In this document: positions 56,579 through 64,000 of the stretch, in pieces
Numbering within the stretch: position 1 is the stretch's first letter
Layout: the number at the start of each line of letters is the position of its first letter
Source of the DNA: a bacterium
Lineage (GTDB): Bacteria > CAYTYR01 > UBA6262
NCBI GenBank assembly: GCA_028712365.1
Contig: JAQTQE010000003.1
Coordinates: forward strand, 20,173-84,172
Reading direction: 5' to 3'
DNA: 64,000 bases
Made by a program: the position numbers and the translations under genes
The notes under the pieces: generated by a model
Seen by the model: only the letters and a program-made list of their open reading frames with translations
Databases searched by the model: none
What the model was told of the DNA's origin: nothing

Positions 56579-56994
56579 CAGCTTGAATTCGATGCATCAA
56601 TGTAAATGCTTTTTCCCTCAATCTTAAAAGAATCACAGCAAAAAAATGTTTCCATAGCATTTACATCTGAAGATAAAGTCCCGAAATAGAGGGAATCGCC
56701 CCTTTCCTTAGCAAGCTTGATCCTCTCGACTAAATCGTTAGAAAAAATATCGCTAATAAAAGCGTCCCATTGTTTACCTTTATTCCACCGATGGGAAGTC
56801 ACAGCGGAGTCGAAGGGTTCCTTATTAGAAGCAAACGTTCTATACAATTCTTTAAACATAGAATAAACTGGCGATTTATTGTTAATGCCAACGCACCTCA
56901 TAAACTGATCTTCCGTGAATTCTTGGCCCTTCCTGAGAACTATAACAAAACATGTAGACGAGCTGTTTGTTACAAAGTCGAATTTAATCTTCAT
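56575..56994 (-). CDS. Hypothetical protein (139 aa), translationally coupled
   Basis: 4-nt overlap with the rSAM gene; 11-nt overlap with the upstream ORF. Confidence 0.4.
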   Translation of the reverse strand: MKIKFDFVTNSSSTCFVIVLRKGQEFTEDQFMRCVGINNKSPVYSMFKELYRTFASNKEPFDSAVTSHRWNKGKQWDAFISDIFSNDLVERIKLAKERGDSLYFGTLSSDVNAMETFFCCDSFKIEGKSIYIDASNSSW

Positions 56995-57424
56995 CTGACA
57001 CTCCTAGCACGGAACTTAATATATTCTGGGCGCCATCAGAACTCATAATAAACATTTCTAAATTGTAATCGCCTGTAACGTGCTCTTTCCGCCACAACAA
57101 CGCCGTGTTCTTATACTTTAATAACTTCTTCTCCCCAACCACGGCTACTTTGGCGGGAAGATTGTACTTCTTTTGAAGAAAGTCACTAAATGTTCCATAT
57201 TCACGATTGTGATACTTTCTATACTCATCAAACAAATCGATCATCTCAGAATAAAAACAATCATAGACTCTACTAAATAGATTCCACGCAAAGAAACCAG
57301 AACGGACCTTTATTGCCTTTAATAAATTACGTTTACTAATATTCTTTACGACATGAAAAATATAAGTTTTATCATGGTCTTTCTTATACTCGTAGAAGAT
57401 CAATTGACACCTCTTATTTTCCAC
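56984..57424 (-). CDS. Hypothetical protein (146 aa), translationally coupled
   Basis: Overlaps both neighbours. Confidence 0.4.
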   Translation of the reverse strand: MENKRCQLIFYEYKKDHDKTYIFHVVKNISKRNLLKAIKVRSGFFAWNLFSRVYDCFYSEMIDLFDEYRKYHNREYGTFSDFLQKKYNLPAKVAVVGEKKLLKYKNTALLWRKEHVTGDYNLEMFIMSSDGAQNILSSVLGVSDED

Positions 57425-59639
57425 CGAATTCCTTTATTAAAGTAATGGCCTTCCCCTTGTAATAACGATTACTACATTTCGCATACTTCTCAAGTATCTT
57501 TAAAGCAGGTTCAGGATACTTTTTATAAAATGACGAAAGAATGTGCTTCGCAGTTGAAGCCATACCTATCTTTTCTCCAGATGCGATGAAAAATAATAAT
57601 TCTAAGGCCTGATTATTTGCATCTTGGCTCCTTATAGCCTCATCGATAAATTCAAAATAATGATCTAATTTTATGCCAGTTTCACTATTACCATAGGCAA
57701 CAGACAGATGTTCGTTGTAAAAATGATTCTCAAATTTATCCAAACGCTCATCATCAGACAATTCGATTAAGATCGGGAAAAGCATAGTAATATTCAGGTT
57801 TTTATACGTCTGCGGATCATATCGATAATAAATTAGCATTTCCAAAATGAACTCGGCTTTATCTCTAGATGACAAATATTCCTCTTTAACTTTATTGACA
57901 TCTTCACTAGTTAAGTCACCATCATTTGTTTCAAACAAATAATGAAGGTATTTGTCCTTGTGCCATGCTGTTGCTTCTAATATTGGCTCAAGCTTCATGT
58001 TTTTACGGTCCTTTTTCGAGAAGAAAAACAGGTATTTACTTACCCCTTCGAACAAAGGTTTCTGAGGCAAAATCTCATCAGTAATAAATCTTGTGCATTT
58101 TGACTCATCCTCGGATAGCAATATATTGACCAAATAGTCGGCAATCAAATAATCTCTGATTTCGTCAAAAGTAAAACTTATGACTTCCCCATCCCGCAAA
58201 ACGCCAGCCTTATCAGCTACATCTCTTCTAAAAAATATGTTTTCATCTATTAACTTGCGCAATACATTTTTATCAGTCGTGGCTTTATCAATAATCATTT
58301 GCATGGGAACGTCTTTATATAATTTGGAATCAATCATATGTCGCACTACTTCACAAATAACTTTTTGAATAGAAGTATTTCCATCAACCTTTCCCCTTAT
58401 TCCATCCCTGATCTGTCTATAGTATTCTTGAAAAAGATCCAACATGTATACGTTTAATATTGAACCAATGCTTTGGCCTTGATGCACCTCACAAAAAATA
58501 CGCAATAATAAGAAATTATTTACTAGCTTCTCGTAGACTCTTCCATCAAACGACTTCCATTCTATTTTAAATAACGAAAGATACTTTCTGAACAAATTGT
58601 CTTTTTCATGTTCCTCAAGTTTCGAATTTATGCCATTAATTATATTTATCTCTGAAGCAAACGACGATTTTTCTATGCTCTTAAAATTCAAATTATAATA
58701 TTCTGTTCTACATGTCAGGATTATCCTAACAAAAGGATTGCTGAGCAAATCTCTGATAAATATGTCTAATGCGTTAGGGAAGTTTGCATCACTCGATTCA
58801 TTCATAGCATCGACAATAAAAATGAAAATTGTTTTTCTTTGTTTGCATTCATTATCTATAAAATTATTTAAAGAATTAAAATCTAGTCCGCCGGTTATTC
58901 TTTCTGTAACAAAATCTTTCATAGAGTTATTATGTATTCCATAGAAGTCGGCCCCATAAAATAAGGCAACGGGGATCTCCAGTTTTAACAAAAATTCTCT
59001 TGTGAGGTCACATATTAGGTTTGTTTTACCTTGACCCGCGTCATCTAACAGCACAAGAACGCGCGACTTTAATAAATTAAACTTTGCATTGGTCTCTTCC
59101 ATCTTCCAGCGAGCTTGCCAAGGGAAATCATTGCTTTTTTCTGGCATACTTTCCAAAACTTTTGAGTTTTGAAAAATTACAACGCGTAACTCCTCGATCT
59201 TAGCTTTAAATGCTCTTAAAGAAGGATGCGAGAGCTTCCGAAAAACCTTAAAAACGATTCTCTGTTTAATCTCTCTTTTGAGCACAGAATTTGTGTATGT
59301 AAAATCGCGCCTATTTAAATGATCTATGAACTTATTACAAAATAAAAACGGATGACAAAAATATCTGAGCCCCTCTTTAATTTGATTGATTTCAATATAA
59401 GAATCGGGCAGGTATTTTTTTGAATTGATTTGTTTTTGAAGTTGATCCTGCGTAAATAACAGTAGTTTCTTTCTAATAGCGATATGCTGTTTATTACGTT
59501 TGAAGCGCTCTTGAATAAAATTAAAAAGCCCTTTAACAAGTCCTTTCAAAAAAGGCACCACAGTCAAAGTTACTACTAGGCCGACTCCTAGCGCAACGGA
59601 ATTCTGGTAAACATATTGTTTTACTGATTGCCAATCCAT
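57414..59639 (-). CDS. Membrane-anchored P-loop NTPase (STAND/KAP-like) with a C-terminal helical-repeat region
   Basis: N-terminal TM helix; Walker A LLDDAGQGKTNL; Walker B IFIFIVDAMNE; long α-helical C-terminus. Its start overlaps the hsdR stop by 1 nt. Confidence 0.6.
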   Translation of the reverse strand: MDWQSVKQYVYQNSVALGVGLVVTLTVVPFLKGLVKGLFNFIQERFKRNKQHIAIRKKLLLFTQDQLQKQINSKKYLPDSYIEINQIKEGLRYFCHPFLFCNKFIDHLNRRDFTYTNSVLKREIKQRIVFKVFRKLSHPSLRAFKAKIEELRVVIFQNSKVLESMPEKSNDFPWQARWKMEETNAKFNLLKSRVLVLLDDAGQGKTNLICDLTREFLLKLEIPVALFYGADFYGIHNNSMKDFVTERITGGLDFNSLNNFIDNECKQRKTIFIFIVDAMNESSDANFPNALDIFIRDLLSNPFVRIILTCRTEYYNLNFKSIEKSSFASEINIINGINSKLEEHEKDNLFRKYLSLFKIEWKSFDGRVYEKLVNNFLLLRIFCEVHQGQSIGSILNVYMLDLFQEYYRQIRDGIRGKVDGNTSIQKVICEVVRHMIDSKLYKDVPMQMIIDKATTDKNVLRKLIDENIFFRRDVADKAGVLRDGEVISFTFDEIRDYLIADYLVNILLSEDESKCTRFITDEILPQKPLFEGVSKYLFFFSKKDRKNMKLEPILEATAWHKDKYLHYLFETNDGDLTSEDVNKVKEEYLSSRDKAEFILEMLIYYRYDPQTYKNLNITMLFPILIELSDDERLDKFENHFYNEHLSVAYGNSETGIKLDHYFEFIDEAIRSQDANNQALELLFFIASGEKIGMASTAKHILSSFYKKYPEPALKILEKYAKCSNRYYKGKAITLIKEFGGK

Positions 59640-62608
59640 TAATAATACTCCCTAATGTAACCATAAGCCCGATCGAATAGATCTTGGTCAGTGTGCAGGC
59701 TATACTTAAGAAGGGTCTTGCGCAGGGCTTTTTTGACTTCACGTTCACCGGCTGCGGTAGATTGCCACCCGGGGAAACGCACCACCTTAACGATTTCATC
59801 TATATCATTTACTATGCGCTCAACAATCGCAGGCGTCTGGTCTGTGCGTACTTGCAAGAATAGATCTGTGAGGGCTGACTTGGCCCCCTTGCGTTCTTCC
59901 TGCGTTTCTTCGTCTTTCTCAGCCTGAACAACTTCCTTGGCCAACTCAATCAAATGCTTAAGGAAATCAACGCTATTGATCAGTCCGCGCTCTACCTTAT
60001 CGCGCAATTCTTCAAGCCGCTGACCAAGTTCCTCGAATTTGGGATTACCTTTATGCTTCCGCAGGCGATTAACAATTTCGATTTCAATCAGCTGAGTTTT
60101 TTTGGTATCCTTGGTTTTCATTAAATCCTCGACAACATCAGCATCGAGGATGATCTTTTCCAAATCATCGCTAATCTTCTCGACATGAATATGTTCATGA
60201 ATGAGCTTCATGGTCTGAGCGCCCAATGCATGCCACAAAAGACGGCCAGTATCGCTGGACGGCGGCTTTACCGATTCATAGACTTTAGTTAGCCAGCGAT
60301 AATCCTTCTCGTACACATTAAGAATGGCATCCGGCGACAACGCCTCCCAAAGAAGCGACAAATAGCTGTAATCATTCGCAAAAGCATCCCTCTTTGTATT
60401 CGTATTCACGCATTCCTGCGCAAGTAAAAGCCCCTCGTATCCTTCAACGCTTCTATCCACGTTCGGGAAATGCTCCAGACACATGGTCATCGCATGCTTC
60501 AATTTTTCTTTCAGGGTGCCAATATTTGTGATCACTTGCCGCACCGAAGCCTCGTCAAATTCCAAAGCCCGGGCTACATTATCAAAAACTCCGTAATAAT
60601 CCACGATCAATCCATGCGTTTTGTCTTTGTAAACACGGTTTGTGCGGCAAATAGCCTGCAACAGATTGTGATCCTTCATCGCCTTATCCAAATACATAGC
60701 CTGCAAAATCGGCGCATCGAAACCCGTTAAAAGCTTGGCTGTTACAATTACAAATTTAAGCGGATCCATTGGATCGCGGAATCTGTCTAAAAGTTTCTCC
60801 TGCTCATCCCGATCCATTCGATACTTCTTTTTGAAAGACTCATCATCTGAATGATTTATTGAGATTACTACCGCGCTCTCCTCGGGTGGAATAAGTTTGT
60901 CCAGTTCCTGCTTATACTGTTCGCAGGCAAAACGATCCGGACAGACGATCTGTGCCTTGAAACCTTGTGGCTCAATCTTCTCGTGGAAGTGCTGAACAAT
61001 GTCCTCTGCAATCTTCCTCACCCGATCTGGTGACTTTAAAAACGCAGACATCTGCGCCGCCTTTTGCACAAGCAATGCTTTCTGCTCATCCGATAGAGTT
61101 TCTGTCATCTGAGCAAATTCCGCGTCTATCAACTCTTTATCAACGTGTATGTCCAGAAGCCGCGGTTCAAAATGAAGTGGGAGCGTTGCTTTATCCCGCA
61201 AAGATTCTTCAAATGAATATCTGGATAAATATCCGGACAAATCCTCTTCCGCGCTGAAAGTCCTAAAGGTATTTCTGTCGCGCTTATTAATGGGCGTACC
61301 GGTAAGACCAAAGAAAAAAGCATTCGGCAACGCATTACGCATCTTACGTCCCAAGTCGCCTTCTTGAGTCCGGTGCGCCTCATCAACTAATGCGATAATG
61401 TTCTCCCGATCATTCAGAAGACCATCCGCTTCGGCAAATTTATGCATGGTAGTAATGATAATCTTGCGCGTGTCCTGCTTTAAAAGACGTTGTAATTCTT
61501 CCCGGCTATCCGTAGCTACGATATTGGGAACATCAGACGCATTAAACGTGGCGGTAATCTGGGTATCAAGGTCAATGCGGTCAACAACGATTAAAACCGT
61601 AGGACTCTTTAGCTCTGGTGCCTGACGCATCTTCTGCGCGGCAAAAACCATCAAAAGCGACTTGCCTGAGCCTTGGAAATGCCAAATGAGCCCTTTCTTA
61701 ACCACGCCCTCTTTGACACGCTGAACGATTTGGTTTGCGCCTTCAAACTGCTGATAACGAGCGATGATCTTGATTCGTCGATTTTTTCTATCTGTCGCAA
61801 AGATTGTAAAATTCTCCAGCATATCCAAAATAACAGACGGCTTGAGCATTGATTCGATGGCAACCTCAACCTCTTTAAGGCCGAGAAGCTCTTTTAATGC
61901 AGTGTCATTCTTTGACTCATCGCGCCAAGGCCCCCATATTTCAAGCGGCATGCGGATTGAGCCATAACGGAATGTTTTCCCTTCAGACGCAAACGAAAAG
62001 ATATTCGGGACAAAAAGCTCTGGAATTGTGTTCTCATAATCATCATGGATCTGCACCGCACCATCCAGCCAAGAGATAGACGGTCTCACTGGAGTCTTGA
62101 ACTCGCCAACAACCACCGGAATGCCATTAATAAGCAAAACCATATCTGGAATTTTGGTGACGCCACGGATAATCTTGTATTGATTGGTCGCAATAAAGCT
62201 ATTGTTGGACAACTTTTCAAAATCAATCAATCGCACAGGAACATGCTGGTTATTTTCTCCAAAGGGCATTGTCTTTTCGCCCTGAAGCCATTTTGTAAAC
62301 TCCTCATTCGCCTTTACTAATCCAACATCATTAACTGATAGAAGAATAGCGCGGAGCTTATAAATAACTTCATCCGCGCGCTCAGGCAACGCACAAATCT
62401 CTGGATTGATCCGGATAAGCGCGTCTTTTAGCATCTTCTCAATAAGAACTTCGCCTTCATCGCGACCCAGATCATCTGCTGACACATATTTCCATTGAAC
62501 CGTTTCGGCGTATTCCGGACGCGCGCTGTCTCCAATACCACCAGAGCCTTGACCGAGTAGCTTAGAGATTACATATTGCTCGATTGTGTTTTGCTCGTTA
62601 AAAATCAT
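59639..62608 (-). CDS. hsdR: Type I restriction enzyme R subunit
   Basis: SF2 helicase motifs (FQGSGKS, DEAH-like VDEAHR), an N-terminal nuclease-domain pattern, and a size of about 989 aa. Confidence 0.9.
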   Translation of the reverse strand: MIFNEQNTIEQYVISKLLGQGSGGIGDSARPEYAETVQWKYVSADDLGRDEGEVLIEKMLKDALIRINPEICALPERADEVIYKLRAILLSVNDVGLVKANEEFTKWLQGEKTMPFGENNQHVPVRLIDFEKLSNNSFIATNQYKIIRGVTKIPDMVLLINGIPVVVGEFKTPVRPSISWLDGAVQIHDDYENTIPELFVPNIFSFASEGKTFRYGSIRMPLEIWGPWRDESKNDTALKELLGLKEVEVAIESMLKPSVILDMLENFTIFATDRKNRRIKIIARYQQFEGANQIVQRVKEGVVKKGLIWHFQGSGKSLLMVFAAQKMRQAPELKSPTVLIVVDRIDLDTQITATFNASDVPNIVATDSREELQRLLKQDTRKIIITTMHKFAEADGLLNDRENIIALVDEAHRTQEGDLGRKMRNALPNAFFFGLTGTPINKRDRNTFRTFSAEEDLSGYLSRYSFEESLRDKATLPLHFEPRLLDIHVDKELIDAEFAQMTETLSDEQKALLVQKAAQMSAFLKSPDRVRKIAEDIVQHFHEKIEPQGFKAQIVCPDRFACEQYKQELDKLIPPEESAVVISINHSDDESFKKKYRMDRDEQEKLLDRFRDPMDPLKFVIVTAKLLTGFDAPILQAMYLDKAMKDHNLLQAICRTNRVYKDKTHGLIVDYYGVFDNVARALEFDEASVRQVITNIGTLKEKLKHAMTMCLEHFPNVDRSVEGYEGLLLAQECVNTNTKRDAFANDYSYLSLLWEALSPDAILNVYEKDYRWLTKVYESVKPPSSDTGRLLWHALGAQTMKLIHEHIHVEKISDDLEKIILDADVVEDLMKTKDTKKTQLIEIEIVNRLRKHKGNPKFEELGQRLEELRDKVERGLINSVDFLKHLIELAKEVVQAEKDEETQEERKGAKSALTDLFLQVRTDQTPAIVERIVNDIDEIVKVVRFPGWQSTAAGEREVKKALRKTLLKYSLHTDQDLFDRAYGYIREYY

Positions 62609-62734
62609 ACCTTCCCCTCGTCAATCTCAGCATTTTCACAATATCAAATAAGCCAATGGTTACGCCTGCGACAATCGGATTATCTGTTCCCACATCAGAT
62701 ATTTTTTTTAATTTTAAACGGCCTTTTGCCATGC

Positions 62735-63898
62735 TTATCCAAATATTTGGTTGATGATTTGTTTTTGAATTTGATATTGTAAACCTATGTTTTCAGTAAC
62801 AGCATCTATATTACCCATTAGTCCGATTATGCCGTTGACAATTTTGTCCTGATCCTTTTTAGTAGGGCAATAAACTTGTATCGCCTCCAAATTTTTTCTG
62901 CTTATTCTTGATCGTGTCGTACCGGAAGCCAATGACTCAATCTTTCTTTTCATAGAATCTGAATTTAGCAAATGTACCCAGTAAAGTTTATTATGTAGAT
63001 TTTCATCGATCCGAATAATGCAGCAGTCAACCGCTGTAATCATTTTATATCCAATATCGGGAACAATGCATGCTCGTCCAATAGGATCTGGCATTCTTGC
63101 TAAAAGTATATCTCCCGGCAAAACTTCGAAACAATTCAGGCGCTTAAAAGTATCCTCTGTTATAAAACGCCTTGATTTGTCTAAAAACACTCCTACGCCA
63201 ATATCAGCCAATTGGAGCAACCGGATTCCTTCTTCAGATTGATCCTTTGATTCAATCCAATCCCCATCCATAAAACCATTCACTGTCTTAGAAGCAATAT
63301 CTCGAAGCTGAATACTTTCACATTTGACATTTACAATGGTTTTTTCAACAACTACCCTAAATAACTGTTTCAGTTCACTCAAAAGGCACTTCTTTTTTTC
63401 TGTCGCCTCATCAATACTCCACAACAAATCCGCGATGCGCTTTTGGTCGCCAAGATGCGGCATTCTGAATTCTTGCTCGGCCAAAATCTTCCATTTAATC
63501 GTTGGTGACAAGGATCCTTCCGAGACATCAACTGCTCTGTGCATAAATACATCCGAATGTATGAAAAACGGCATAAGCTCTGGAAGAATCACTTTAGGAT
63601 TGGCCCGCACAACCATCGCATGCGCCGAACATATGCCATCAAAGTCGACAATAGCCGCCTTACGTTGATAAGCACGACGCTTGCCAAAAATAATATCCCC
63701 CGGATACACTCGTAACTTTGTCCCTTTAACATCAGACGGATGCCCTTTTCTCTTTATGTGGATACAATCCGGATCAATGTGCTCTAAGCCAACATAAATA
63801 TCCAGCTTCGTTTCCTTGGGTTCGGCGCGTTCGGATATGCTCAAGGCTATATCTCCAAACTTATATGTTTTCCTCTGGGACTTATTAATTTTAATCAT
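62735..63898 (-). CDS. hsdS: Type I restriction-modification specificity subunit
   Basis: Two target-recognition domains separated by conserved coiled-coil repeats; start overlaps the hsdM stop (ATGA). Confidence 0.85.
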   Translation of the reverse strand: MIKINKSQRKTYKFGDIALSISERAEPKETKLDIYVGLEHIDPDCIHIKRKGHPSDVKGTKLRVYPGDIIFGKRRAYQRKAAIVDFDGICSAHAMVVRANPKVILPELMPFFIHSDVFMHRAVDVSEGSLSPTIKWKILAEQEFRMPHLGDQKRIADLLWSIDEATEKKKCLLSELKQLFRVVVEKTIVNVKCESIQLRDIASKTVNGFMDGDWIESKDQSEEGIRLLQLADIGVGVFLDKSRRFITEDTFKRLNCFEVLPGDILLARMPDPIGRACIVPDIGYKMITAVDCCIIRIDENLHNKLYWVHLLNSDSMKRKIESLASGTTRSRISRKNLEAIQVYCPTKKDQDKIVNGIIGLMGNIDAVTENIGLQYQIQKQIINQIFG

Positions 63899-64000
63899 GA
63901 ATTTTTCTCAAGTGCCTTAAATAGACCAGCCATATCATTTCTCAGGGCTTCGCTACCTTCTTGCCATGCAAGCACCATGTCTTTGAGGTGAACGTCACCG
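63895..64000 (-). CDS. hsdM: Type I R-M methyltransferase subunit, C-terminal fragment only (window edge)
   Basis: Open frame to the window end terminating …LFKALEKNS*; position upstream of hsdS. Confidence 0.45.
   Translation of the reverse strand, partial: GDVHLKDMVLAWQEGSEALRNDMAGLFKALEKNS

Noticed and set aside
44758-64000. tRNA-Ser-integrated prophage or ICE
   Set aside because: No integrase, relaxase, capsid or terminase genes were found, and no direct repeat of the tRNA-Ser 3' end downstream. The region is better described as a defence/accessory island of uncertain mobility.

Overview
This window looks like chromosomal DNA from a low-GC anaerobe; almost every gene is on the minus strand. 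All calls come from reading the sequence and from motifs I recognise; no database was searched.

Position 3 to about 45 kb is largely core or housekeeping DNA:
- an outer-membrane barrel fragment and a GT2 glycosyltransferase;
- an Rrf2-regulated oxidative-stress operon with a superoxide reductase and a small glycyl-radical-like protein;
- a GH5 hydrolase, an MFS transporter and a large GH94-like enzyme;
- an ars locus with a thiol-disulfide module (ArsR, permease, two thioredoxins, CcdA, ArsC, ACR3);
- CbiM plus a PDGLE protein behind two paralogous outer-membrane barrel genes;
- an XRE-cupin regulator and an acyl-CoA synthetase;
- a DtxR-FeoA/FeoB iron module with an operator;
- a Hyf-type six-gene membrane complex related to group-4 [NiFe] hydrogenases, whose large subunit has lost the NiFe-ligating cysteines (Ehr-like);
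- tRNA-Asn(GUU) interrupted by a 249-nt group I intron, next to a small GIY-YIG gene;
- a four-subunit 2-oxoacid:ferredoxin oxidoreductase;
- recR, ybaB and dnaX, with a TA-flanked, MITE-like element inserted at the 3' end of ybaB;
- tRNA-Ala(CGC) followed by a GC-rich 123-bp tandem repeat that includes the tRNA 3' end;
- tRNA-Ser(GCU).

From about 45.8 kb to the end lies an AT-rich accessory or defence-type island of mostly hypothetical genes:
- a 25-bp cis-element shared upstream of four transcription units;
- TTTCGGACA iterons;
- a DUF4062-Schlafen-HATPase protein;
- a Fic protein with an Xis-like HTH and a cyclase-like palm-domain protein;
- a GC-rich UvrD-like helicase;
- a type I R-M system (hsdM partial, hsdS, hsdR).

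The hsdR gene is translationally coupled to a membrane-anchored STAND-like NTPase, two small unknown proteins and a radical-SAM/SPASM enzyme. I think this association is the most likely undescribed system in the window.
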